Program-made: the position numbers and the translations under genes
NCBI GenBank assembly: GCA_963734545.1
Contig: CAVTHO010000007.1
Coordinates: 962,010 to 1,026,009, forward strand
Origin: an uncultured Spirochaetota bacterium
GTDB lineage: Bacteria; Spirochaetota; Spirochaetia; SZUA-6; Fen-1364
Direction of reading: 5' to 3'
Length of the DNA: 64,000 nt
In this document: positions 19,816 to 28,765 of the stretch, in pieces
Numbering within the stretch: the stretch's first letter is position 1
Layout: the number at the start of each line of letters is the position of its first letter
The notes under the pieces: model-generated
What the model saw: only the letters and a program-made list of their open reading frames with translations
Told to the model about the DNA's origin: nothing
Database searches by the model: none

Positions 19816-20619
19816 TTATTCTCCTGCGAACCGCATTGCGTACCGTCCGTCATGGTGCTCGATCCTGCATCGCTTTCCATACACACGCGCCATATCCGGG
19901 CCGCTCATCATCTGGTCCCTCTTTCCCTGCGCCACGGCCTTCCCCCCCGCCAGGAGCAGGACGCGGCTGAACCCTTCGATGATCTCCTCCACGTGATGGG
20001 TCACGCCGATTACCGTCAGATCGGGACGAAGCGCAAAGAGTCTTGCAAGCGACTGGAGGAAATCTTCACGCGCGAGCGGGTCCAGGCCGAGACAGGGCTC
20101 GTCGAGCAGCAGGAGCTGCGGCCCCGCGGCGAGCGCCCGCGCAATGAGCACGCGCTGACGCTCGCCGGTGGAGAGTGTGTGGAAGAGGCGCGCGGCCAGG
20201 TGCCCCGCACCGATGGCCGCGAGCGCGGCAGCGGCTGTCTCCGCCTCCCGTCCATTTCGGGTCTCATACAATGCGATGCTCCCCTCGGCGCCGCTCATGA
20301 CGACCTCTCGGCTGCTCATGAAACCGGGGAAATCTGCGGCGAGATCGCCATGCACCCATCCCACGTGCCTGCGCAGCATGCGCAGATCCGTGCGGCCGAA
20401 GGGTTCCCCCAGCACGCTCATCGATCCGCGCGAAGGGTAGCCGAATCCAGAGAGAAGCCTCAGGAGCGAGGTTTTGCCGCTCCCGTTGAGACCGAGAACG
20501 ATCCATTTCTCGCCCCGCGCCACTTCCCACGATATCGTGTCGAGGATCCGCTTGCCCCTTATGTCGAGGCATACGCCCTGCAGGAACAGCGCCCTCGCGT
20601 CTCCGCCCTCAACCGCCAC
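19816..20619 (-). CDS. ABC ATPase (YlmA/ModF-like)
   Basis: GLNGSGKT, LSTGERQ, LLLDEP, VTHH. Confidence 0.88.
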   Translation of the reverse strand: MAVEGGDARALFLQGVCLDIRGKRILDTISWEVARGEKWIVLGLNGSGKTSLLRLLSGFGYPSRGSMSVLGEPFGRTDLRMLRRHVGWVHGDLAADFPGFMSSREVVMSGAEGSIALYETRNGREAETAAAALAAIGAGHLAARLFHTLSTGERQRVLIARALAAGPQLLLLDEPCLGLDPLAREDFLQSLARLFALRPDLTVIGVTHHVEEIIEGFSRVLLLAGGKAVAQGKRDQMMSGPDMARVYGKRCRIEHHDGRYAMRFAGE

Positions 20620-20658
20620 TCACTTCCCCCTCTGTCCGGCCCGCTATACTATACAAGT

Positions 20659-21417
20659 ATGCCCTCGGTGACCATCAGATTCTACGAGGAGCTGAACGAT
20701 TTTCTTCCCGCCCGGCATCGCAAGGTCCCCTTCGGCGTCGAATTCGCGAAGGGATGCACCGCCAAGGCAATCATCGAGGACCTCGGTGTGCCGCACACCG
20801 AGGTCGATCTCATCATCGCAAACGGGCGCTCCGTGGGCTTCGAGTACCGGTTGAATGACGCCGACATGGTCAGCGTCTACCCGATGTTCGAATCCTGGGA
20901 TATCGGAGGCGTGTCCCGGGTGCGCGCCGCGCCGCTGCGGGAGACCCGCTTCGCGCTCGACGTTCACCTGGGCAAGCTGGCGAGGCTCCTTCGAATGCTC
21001 GGCTTCGACGCTCAGTACAGCAATGCCATTGGCGATGAAGAGCTCGTCCGGCTCGCACGGGCGGAGAAACGAATCATCCTGAGCAGGGACAGGGGCCTTC
21101 TCAAGAGAAGGACAGTGACACACGGGTACCTGGTAAGGTCCGCCGCTCCGCGCCGGCAGCTGGCCGAGGTGCTGCGGAGGTTCGACCTGGCGGGGAGTCT
21201 CAACATGTTTACGCGATGCATGGAGTGCAATCTGCCCCTCGCCCGGGTCGACAAGGCCTCGATCGCGGCGCTGCTCCCTGCGGTGGTTGCCTCTACGTAC
21301 AGCGACTTCTCACGCTGCCCGGGCTGCGGGCGCGTGTTCTGGCGGGGGACACACTGGGAGAGAATGAAAGCACTGGCTGCCGAGGTCCTGGATCCGGACC
21401 CCGACAGTCGCGACTAG
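20659..21417 (+). CDS. Mut7-C ubiquitin-like + Mut7-C PIN RNase protein
   Basis: RFYEELNDFL, GVPHTEVD, DVHLGKLAR, CMEC...CPGC...GTH. Confidence 0.92.
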   Translation: MPSVTIRFYEELNDFLPARHRKVPFGVEFAKGCTAKAIIEDLGVPHTEVDLIIANGRSVGFEYRLNDADMVSVYPMFESWDIGGVSRVRAAPLRETRFALDVHLGKLARLLRMLGFDAQYSNAIGDEELVRLARAEKRIILSRDRGLLKRRTVTHGYLVRSAAPRRQLAEVLRRFDLAGSLNMFTRCMECNLPLARVDKASIAALLPAVVASTYSDFSRCPGCGRVFWRGTHWERMKALAAEVLDPDPDSRD

Positions 21418-21488
21418 CAGGCTTCGCCTACCCTTCGGGTAGTGCGGGCCCTGCGGACTCGCTCAATATCAAGGTTGCTTCGCTTCGC

Positions 21489-21692
21489 TCAGCCCTTGAT
21501 ATTGTAGCGCCTCTTGAAGCGCTCCACGCGGCCCGCGGTATCCACGAGATGCTGTTTGCCCGTGTAGAACGGATGGCACTTCGAGCAGATTTCCACCTTG
21601 ATATCCTTGGCGGTGGACTTGGTCTGGATCACGTTCCCGCACGCGCACGTAATGGTAGTGAGCTGATAGGTGGGATGTATATCGGTCTTCAT
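21489..21692 (-). CDS. rpmE: 50S ribosomal protein L31 (Zn-binding type)
   Basis: [21 protein letters not shown]; GGAGG RBS. Confidence 0.97.
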   Translation of the reverse strand: MKTDIHPTYQLTTITCACGNVIQTKSTAKDIKVEICSKCHPFYTGKQHLVDTAGRVERFKRRYNIKG

Positions 21693-21732
21693 ATCGTAAC
21701 CTCCATTAATTCGCGGCCGTCCGGAATGCGGC

Positions 21733-21853
21733 ACGCCTTCGGCGTGGCTACGGGCTCGCTCTCGTGCATCCATGCACTCGCTCGCCCTCGGCATCCTGTC
21801 TACGGTCGGCCTGTCGTACGTCCATGTACTCGGCCGACCCCGCCATCCGTGGC
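21733..21853. repeat. Composite family A element between rho and rpmE
   Basis: GTGCA-TCCA-TGCAC; GGTCGGCC-TGTC-GTACG-TCCA-TGTAC-TC-GGCCGACC-CC-GCCA-TCCG-TGGC. Confidence 0.8.
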
Positions 21854-23557
21854 TAGGCATCCGTGACCGACGATGTATTCATCGATTTCAGGAAGGCCTC
21901 ATTATTCTTGCTTTTCCTGAACCTGTCAATCAGCAGTTCAAGGACCTCCTGGTCTTCCATCGGGTTGATCACCCTGCGCAGAACCCACATCTTCTGAAGC
22001 TGTTCCTCCGTGAGCAGCAGCTCCTCTTTTCGCGTGCCCGACTTCTTGATGTTGATGGCAGGGAAGAGCCTGCGGTCCGAGAGCTTGCGGTCCAGGATCA
22101 CTTCCATGTTGCCGGTGCCCTTGAACTCCTCGAAGATCACCTCGTCCATGCGGCTGCCTGTTTCGATGAGGGCGGTGGCCACGATCGTGAGGCTCCCTCC
22201 CTCTTCGATATTGCGCGCCGCTCCGAAGAACCTCTTCGGCTTGTGCAGCGCATTCGAATCGACTCCGCCCGAGAGGATCTTGCCGGATGTCGGCACGGTC
22301 TGGTTGTAGGCGCGCGCAAGACGCGTGATGGAGTCGAGCAGGATCACCACGTCCCGCTTGTGTTCCACGAGGCGCTTCGCCTTCTCTATCACCATCTCCG
22401 CAACCTGCACGTGCCGTGTGGACTGCTCGTCGAATGTCGAGGACACCACCTCTCCCTTGACATTCCTCTGCATGTCGGTGACCTCTTCGGGCCGTTCGTC
22501 AATGAGCAGGACGATCACAAACACCTCAGGATGGTTTGTCGTAATCGCGTTGGCGATCTTCTGCAGCAGGATGGTCTTGCCGGTCCGGGGAGGAGAGACG
22601 ATCAATCCGCGCTGCCCTTTTCCAATGGGATCGAACAGATTGATGAGCCGCGTCGAGATCTCCTCCGGAGAGGTTTCCAGGTTCAGCATCTCATCGGGAT
22701 ACAAGGGCGTCAGGTTGTCGAAAGGGACCCGGGTCTGAGCCACCAGTGGAGGATCGAAGTTCACCGTCTCCACCCGGAGCATGGCAAAGAATCGCTCTCC
22801 CTCTTTCGGGGACCGGATCTGGCCCGCGACCGTGTCACCCGTCTTCAGGTTGAACAGGCGGATCTGCGAGGGGGAGATATAGATGTCGTCCGGTCCGGGG
22901 AGATAGCTGTAGTTCGGGGAGCGAAGAAAGCCATATCCATCCGGCAGGATCTCCAGGGCGCCGAAGGCGTAGATTACCCCGCCTCTCTCCGTGTGCCCCT
23001 TGAGAATCTGGAAAATGATCTCCTGTTTCTTCATGGAGACGAGGGCTTCATGGTTGACGCCCATCTTCGAGGCGAGCGTGCGAAGATCGGGCATGCTCAT
23101 CTGGCTCAGGTCATTGATATGCAGGCGGTTGTCGTTCTGCGTGGGCGGCCGGTCCTTGGCCGCCGCTTCCCCGCCATTCGCGGCAGCGGCCCCCGCGGCA
23201 GCGGGAGCAGAGGCGGCGGCGTAGGCCCCGCCCGTGGGCGGCAGAGTGCCGGCAGCGAGGGGCGCAGCCGTGGCGGCCGATACTCCTTCTGCGGAGGGAT
23301 CGACGCCCTGCTCGTCCATCCCGTCCTCAGAGGGATCCATTGCCCGGCTCCTTGATGAGCTCGACACGTATCTTCCTCCGCGCGACTCTCCTCTTCGGCC
23401 GGTGCGCGGACGAGAGGTCGTTTCTGTTTTGTGCCGGGCGGTGCGGCTGCTGGTCGCCGTTTTCACCGTTCAGGAGCGACTCGTTTGTCAGCTCCATCTC
23501 GCGAGGTTGCTCGACGGGCGGCAGAGAGGAATCGTTGTCCTGGTCATTCATTCCCAT
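21853..23557 (-). CDS. rho: Transcription termination factor Rho with N-terminal extension (frameshift near 23340)
   Basis: [44 protein letters not shown]. Confidence 0.96.
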
Positions 23558-23660
23558 GTGTTGCTCCGTTTGTCATGTCGATCATTTCAATGAAGTCGCG
23601 CTTTTTCCAGATTAGTTTGTACGCAGGCCTTGAGACGCTGTCAGGGACTCTTTGATGGCA

Positions 23661-23689
23661 AATATATTACCACTTTGCCCGAGTGTCAA
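23661..23689 (-). promoter_or_regulatory. Sigma70 promoter of rho-rpmE
   Basis: TTGACA-17 nt-TATATT. Confidence 0.65.
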
Positions 23690-24920
23690 GGAACCCCCGG
23701 CCGAGCAGCTGCGACTCCGCAAAAAGCATGGACGCAACGGCCGACCTGCGGCGGACCATGTCCCGCGTCCCCGAGAAACTGAAAAGCCGCGCCCGGCAGC
23801 TCTCCCCGCGAAGCACCACGGCGATCCAGACGGTCCCCACCGGCTTTTCCGCCGTGCCGCCGTCGGGTCCGGCAATCCCCGTGACGGCAAGAGCGGCGTC
23901 CGCGTCCGAATCCGCGAGCGCGCCCCGGGCCATCGCGCAAGCCGTCTCCTCCGAGACCGCGCCATGCTCCTGCACGATCCTGTCCTCCACGCCAAGGAGC
24001 CTGGTCTTGGCCGCATTGGAATAGGACACGTGCCCGCCCCAGAAGACCCGGGAGCTTCCGGGAAGGTCGGTCATGTACTTCCCTATGAGTCCCCCCGTGC
24101 ACGACTCCGCCGTCACGAGGGTGGCATGCCTCGACAGGAGCGCATCCGTGAGAAGCTCCGCCGGCTTCATCTCCCCTTTGCGGACCCGAACGGGATGCAG
24201 CAGCTCCGTAATGTCCGCGAGAAAGGCTTCTCTTTCATCCGCGGTGCCGCCGCGGAGACTGAAGACGATCCGGTCCTCGTCCACCCGCGTGCCCCATTTC
24301 ACGCCCGGGCGCATGCACTTTCGAAGCGCTTCTTCCAGGTTCGACTCCGGCACCATGAGTGCCGTGCCCCACAGGATATCCCCGGGCCCCGGACCGCCGA
24401 AGCGCTCGCGGATGAGGGGAAGAACGCCGTGAGCGAACATCGGGCGCAGCTCCGAGGGAGGACCCGGCAGGGCGACCACGAGTGCCTCGCCTACGGCCCC
24501 CTGGAACCCCGGAGCCGTTCCGTACGCATTCGGCAAAAGCGTGAAGCCGCGCGGCGTCATTGCCTGCTTCCGATTGGTGTCGGATACCTTCCTTCCCTTG
24601 AACCGCTCCTGTAAAGCTTGCCACGCTTCCGGGTGGAATTCCAGCGGGACCCCGGCAGCTTCGGCCACAATCTCGCGAGTCAGATCGTCGGTGGTCGGGC
24701 CGAGTCCGCCGGTCAGCACCACGAGACATGCGTCACGACAGGCGCGCGCGAGCTCCTCTCGATACAGCGCGGCGTCATCGGGAAGCTGCACGCCCCTCCG
24801 CACGGTAAAGCCCAGGGAGGTCAGCTCGCTCGAGAGGAACCGGACGTGAGAGTCCTGGATGATTCCCTCCGTCAGCTCCGTCCCCGCGGAGATGATGACG
24901 GCGGTCTTTTCCTCACACAC
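23667..24920 (-). CDS. cinA: CinA-family protein (MocF + PncC NMN deamidase)
   Basis: GGLGPTTDDLT, LPGPP, AESCTGG, TGIAGP. Confidence 0.92.
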   Translation of the reverse strand: MCEEKTAVIISAGTELTEGIIQDSHVRFLSSELTSLGFTVRRGVQLPDDAALYREELARACRDACLVVLTGGLGPTTDDLTREIVAEAAGVPLEFHPEAWQALQERFKGRKVSDTNRKQAMTPRGFTLLPNAYGTAPGFQGAVGEALVVALPGPPSELRPMFAHGVLPLIRERFGGPGPGDILWGTALMVPESNLEEALRKCMRPGVKWGTRVDEDRIVFSLRGGTADEREAFLADITELLHPVRVRKGEMKPAELLTDALLSRHATLVTAESCTGGLIGKYMTDLPGSSRVFWGGHVSYSNAAKTRLLGVEDRIVQEHGAVSEETACAMARGALADSDADAALAVTGIAGPDGGTAEKPVGTVWIAVVLRGESCRARLFSFSGTRDMVRRRSAVASMLFAESQLLGRGFLDTRAKW

Positions 24921-25326
24921 TCTGCGCGGTTTTTTTCAGCTGATCAACGGGGCCGGAGAAGACGTTGATGGCCTGCGGGTTCTTGATCATCTCGCACTTG
25001 CCCTCGAAGACAACACCGTCCGCAATCTTCAGCTTGCCCGTCCGTATGTTGCCGAACACCTTGCCCGTGGAGAGCATCTCGAGCTTTTCCGTGGCCTCGA
25101 TATTCCCCTTGACCGTGCCGCCCACCACGACCGATCCCACGTGGATGTTCGCGGTGATCGAGGCCCCCTGTTCGATGTAGAGGAACCCCGCGGAGACGAT
25201 CTCCCCGGTGAATACACCGTCAATCTTCAGTGATTCCTTGAACCGCATCGTGCCATGGAAATCCGTTTCCCGGCCCAACGTGGTGGTGATCCGCTCGATG
25301 CCCTTGTGATCTTCGTTTTTCGCCAT
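24913..25326 (-). CDS. Bactofilin (polymer-forming cytoskeletal protein)
   Basis: Beta-helix repeats LKIDG, VKGNI, VFGNI, GVVFEGKC. Confidence 0.9.
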   Translation of the reverse strand: MAKNEDHKGIERITTTLGRETDFHGTMRFKESLKIDGVFTGEIVSAGFLYIEQGASITANIHVGSVVVGGTVKGNIEATEKLEMLSTGKVFGNIRTGKLKIADGVVFEGKCEMIKNPQAINVFSGPVDQLKKTAQSV

Positions 25327-25330
25327 ACCG

Positions 25331-25552
25331 TCACTTCGTCTTCATTACGAACACTCCGTCCCAGTCATCGGGAGGAGGGTTCTCGATATAATGCTTGCAG
25401 CGCGCATAGTACACCTTCGAGGGACCGTCTTCAGCATCTATTTTGAGCGCTTTTGCGAATGCGTCCCGCGCGTCTTCGAACTTCATCAGCTTGTAGAATT
25501 TGCGGCCTTCCGCAAAGTACTCGAGTATTTTTTTCTTCTCCTCCGTGATCAT
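25331..25552 (-). CDS. Single-TPR small protein
   Basis: FAKALKIDAEDGPS...RC...PPDDWDGVF. Confidence 0.75.
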   Translation of the reverse strand: MITEEKKKILEYFAEGRKFYKLMKFEDARDAFAKALKIDAEDGPSKVYYARCKHYIENPPPDDWDGVFVMKTK

Positions 25553-26331
25553 TTTTCAGCCCCCTGGGGAGCGCGCTCCATCGCGCTCTGGTCGGCGTCC
25601 TCCAGTCTTTCCTGGCGCTTCTTCCAGTTCTTCAGGTGCTTGCGGAGCTTCTTTTCCAGGTCCTCTACGGACAAGTCTCCCCTCTTCAGCTTCTCCCCTT
25701 TTCCCTGCAGCTCGGAGACCTCGTCTTCCAGGCCCCGTAGGGTCGCCAGGATCTCACGACCCTCGGTGCGGATATGGGAAAGGAGCTCTTCCACTTCCGC
25801 CGCGTTGCTCCCGTCCGTTTTCTCCGCCAGGGCAAGGAGATCCGATATGGGCTTCTTGATGTGCTGCGTGAAGAAAACGAGCGAGCTGTTCAACGACTCC
25901 ACGACCGCAATCCGCTTCTCCCGGCGGGTGAGCTGGCGCGAAAGCTCGCGGCTGCGCAGCACGGCGCGGATGCGGGCCAGGACTTCGGAGAAATTGAAAG
26001 GCTTGGTGATATAATCGTCGACGCCCTGCTCGAAGCCCTCGATCCTGTCCTTCACCTCGTTCATTGCAGAGAACATGATGATGGGCGTGTTCCGGTAGCG
26101 GCGGTACTCGGGGTCCTGCTTGAGCATCCGCGTCACTTCCCACCCCGAGAGCTTGGGCATGATATTGTCGAGGATGATCAGGTCAGGGTTGCATGCCTGC
26201 ACCCGCTCGAGCGCCTCTTCTCCGTCGACGGCCTTCTCCACCTGGAAACCGAGCTTGGTGAGCATGACATCGAAGAACTCGAGATTGATGGGTTCGTCAT
26301 CGACAATGAGTATTCTGCCTCTGAGCTTCAT
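25549..26331 (-). CDS. Response regulator with C-terminal coiled-coil/HisKA-like region
   Basis: IVDD, ILDNIMP, KPF. Confidence 0.88.
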   Translation of the reverse strand: MKLRGRILIVDDEPINLEFFDVMLTKLGFQVEKAVDGEEALERVQACNPDLIILDNIMPKLSGWEVTRMLKQDPEYRRYRNTPIIMFSAMNEVKDRIEGFEQGVDDYITKPFNFSEVLARIRAVLRSRELSRQLTRREKRIAVVESLNSSLVFFTQHIKKPISDLLALAEKTDGSNAAEVEELLSHIRTEGREILATLRGLEDEVSELQGKGEKLKRGDLSVEDLEKKLRKHLKNWKKRQERLEDADQSAMERAPQGAEK

Positions 26332-26395
26332 GCGCCCCCCTCAGGAGGGTACTTCATCCCCTCGTCAGTCATTCTGACCCAGAATCTTTGTGCTG

Positions 26396-28021
26396 TCAAT
26401 CGCGCGGAGTACCGCGGCGCCGGTGAATCCGCGGAGTACCGCGGCGCCGGCGCAGCGTGCCCAGCGCAAGACCGACAGCGCTCGACGCCAGGAGGAGCCA
26501 CGGCATCCAGTCTCCCCATCGGGTGTAGAGAGTGAGCGCGCCGGTGCGGACAGGCACCTTGCCCGAGAGATAGCCCTCCGTGAACGGCGGAAGCGAGGCC
26601 AGGATGCGGCCGTTGGGATCAATGATGTTGGTCATGCCCCCATTGGTGGAACGGACGACGGCGCGCCTGTTTTCCACCGCGCGGAAAACGGCCATTGTCA
26701 TGTGCTGCATGGCGCCGGGAACGGAGAAAGACCACGCATCGTTGGTGATGTTGACAAGAACATCGGCACCCTCTGCCACGAACCGGCGGCACAGGTCGCC
26801 GAAGGTGTCCTCGAAGCAGATGGGCGTGGAAAAATGCACGCCACCGGCTTCAAAAACCGTCGGGACGGTCCCCTTCTCCCAGAAGTGAGTGTCGGCGCTC
26901 TTCAGCCAGTTGTAGATCCCCGGCAGGGTCTTCTCGAACGGGAAGCTCTCGGTAAAGGGCACCAGGTGGAGCTTGCGATAGGTATCCACGATCCGGTCCT
27001 TGTCGATGAGCAGGGCCGCGTTGAAGTCGACCCTCTCCTCCTGACCCTCTTCCACCCGCTTGAGCTGACCGTCGTCATTGCCCACGACGAAGGGGACCGG
27101 CTGGGCGGCAATGAAAGCGCGCAGCTCCTTCACCAGCTCATAGATCTGCGTGTCAGTCCTGTACCGGGTGTGCCAGTCGATGGCCGGCACGAAGGAGGTT
27201 TCCGACCAGATGACGATCTCCGGGTTCTCTCGAACAGCCAGGAGGCTCTGCCGCTCCAGAACGTCCAGAGACGCCCGATAGGCCTTGTACCCACCCTTCC
27301 AGGGATCCACGTTCTGCTGGACCAGCGCTACTTTCCACTGTCGCACATCGCGAAGGTCGACCGGGGCGGCAAATCCGTAGACAATGACGGCCGCAAAGAC
27401 AAATGCGTATGCCGCGGCAGGCGCCGCGAACCGGTGCCAGTTCTCCCTGAGCCTCGGCAGGCCATCTGCGCACGCCTTGCCGAGCAGCGCGGAAGGGAAG
27501 ACGACCATCAGAGAGACACCCCAGATTCCCGTGATGTCGCTGATCTGTATGAAAGGCAGAAAGGGGTACTGCGTATACCCGATATTGCCGTACGAGTAGG
27601 CGAGAAATCCGCTGGTTTTCAGGAAGTATTCGTAGCAGACCCAGAACGCCGCCTGCAGCAGGTACCCATGCCGGGGGAAAAGCATGTCGGCGAGCTTCAG
27701 GACAGGAAAAGTCAGAAGGAAGTACGCGGCATAGATAGGGGGAACTACGACCAGGGTGAGAGGGTGAAACCTGCCCAGCCAGTAGTTGAAGAGAGCATAG
27801 GCCGCGTATCCGAAGAAGATTCCGTAGAAAGGAGCGGCGGTCCAGCGAGACCTGTGCACAACGGCAAAAAACGGCGCGAGGCAGACAAAGCCCAGCGGAA
27901 ACCATCCGCTGACGGAAAGAAAACTGGGGAAGGAGAAAGCGAATGCAAAAGCGGAAAGTGCGAGGAGCCCGAGGTCAGCCAGGATCCGCGCCGTGGGACG
28001 GTGCGTGTCGGAGGAGAGCAC
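26396..28021 (-). CDS. lnt: Apolipoprotein N-acyltransferase
   Basis: WSET, YRKLHLVPF, PICFED, NDAW, RAVENR. Confidence 0.93.
   Translation of the reverse strand: MLSSDTHRPTARILADLGLLALSAFAFAFSFPSFLSVSGWFPLGFVCLAPFFAVVHRSRWTAAPFYGIFFGYAAYALFNYWLGRFHPLTLVVVPPIYAAYFLLTFPVLKLADMLFPRHGYLLQAAFWVCYEYFLKTSGFLAYSYGNIGYTQYPFLPFIQISDITGIWGVSLMVVFPSALLGKACADGLPRLRENWHRFAAPAAAYAFVFAAVIVYGFAAPVDLRDVRQWKVALVQQNVDPWKGGYKAYRASLDVLERQSLLAVRENPEIVIWSETSFVPAIDWHTRYRTDTQIYELVKELRAFIAAQPVPFVVGNDDGQLKRVEEGQEERVDFNAALLIDKDRIVDTYRKLHLVPFTESFPFEKTLPGIYNWLKSADTHFWEKGTVPTVFEAGGVHFSTPICFEDTFGDLCRRFVAEGADVLVNITNDAWSFSVPGAMQHMTMAVFRAVENRRAVVRSTNGGMTNIIDPNGRILASLPPFTEGYLSGKVPVRTGALTLYTRWGDWMPWLLLASSAVGLALGTLRRRRGTPRIHRRRGTPRD
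26402..26450. repeat. Two family B units in the lnt 3' end
   Basis: CGCGGAGTACCGCGGCGCCGG twice with 27-bp period; encodes RRRGTPR twice. Confidence 0.8.
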
Positions 28022-28022
28022 C

Positions 28023-28322
28023 CTAGCTCCTCAGATCCCAGACCCTTTGTTTGAGCTCTCTCCCCGGCCTGAAGTGCGCCACGCCGTGGTTTCGTATCAC
28101 GACCGTGTCTCCGGTCTTCGGGTTTCGCGCCTTCCGCCCCTTGCGCGTGCGTATTTCGAATGTCCCGAGGCCCCGGAGCTCGATGATCCTGTCCGCGAGA
28201 AGCCCTGATTTGATCTGGTCGAAGAACAGGTCGATTATGCGGTGGATGCTCTTCTTGCTCACCTTGACCAGAGGATAGATATTCTCGACGATTTCGGCCT
28301 TGGAAAGCTTTTCCCTGGCCAC
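28023..28322 (-). CDS. hup: HU/IHF-family DNA-binding protein (Hbb-like)
   Basis: IELRGLGTF, ARNPKTG, FRPG. Confidence 0.9.
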   Translation of the reverse strand: MAREKLSKAEIVENIYPLVKVSKKSIHRIIDLFFDQIKSGLLADRIIELRGLGTFEIRTRKGRKARNPKTGDTVVIRNHGVAHFRPGRELKQRVWDLRS

Positions 28323-28335
28323 GGTGTCGGTCCGA

Positions 28336-28602
28336 CTATGCTTTCAGCCCGCTGAGCAGGTGGTGCATCCTGGACTTCTTGCGGGCTGCGGTATTCCTGT
28401 GGTAGACGCCTTTTGCGACGGCCTTGTCGAGGAAGGAGGAAAGCTCGCCGAGGCTTTTCTGCGCCTCTTCCTTCTTCTTGCCTTCCACGAGCTCGACGAA
28501 ATCTTTCACCAGAGTTTTCGCCCTGCTCTTGATCATTTTGTTCCGAAGGCGTCTTTTCTCGCCCTGTCTGTCGCTCTTCTCAGCCGAGAGATTCCTGGCC
28601 AA
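28336..28602 (-). CDS. rpsT: 30S ribosomal protein S20
   Basis: SAEK...LDKAVAKGVYHRNTAARKKSR; GGAGG RBS, TTG start. Confidence 0.96.
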   Translation of the reverse strand: MARNLSAEKSDRQGEKRRLRNKMIKSRAKTLVKDFVELVEGKKKEEAQKSLGELSSFLDKAVAKGVYHRNTAARKKSRMHHLLSGLKA

Positions 28603-28651
28603 CGATTCGTACCTCCGCGTTATCCAAATGTCGCATGCGCAACAGTTTATG

Positions 28652-28680
28652 AAACTACTGGAAGGGAGTCGAAGTGTCAA
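28652..28680 (-). promoter_or_regulatory. Sigma70 promoter of rpsT
   Basis: TTGACA-17 nt-TAGTTT. Confidence 0.6.
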
Positions 28681-28765
28681 GGCCTGGAAAAGTCGGCGGA
28701 TATTTGCCATTCCCGCTGCTTTCCTATATCGTTAGAAATAGGGATCCAAGAGCAGGAGGCGCGGC

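Noticed and set aside
19636-20658. 593-aa Mut7-C fusion protein
   Set aside because: The upstream part is antisense to an ABC ATPase; the Mut7-C domain starts at ATG 20659
3047-21417. Anti-phage defence island (Abi/CAAX, beta-CASP nuclease, Mut7-C PIN)
   Set aside because: The genes are scattered among housekeeping operons and belong to widespread families; no clustering or mobility signal
21772-23355. Long antisense ORFs (527 aa here; also 26390-28054, 32614-34143, 41979-43289)
   Set aside because: Shadow ORFs opposite well-supported genes, expected in high-GC DNA
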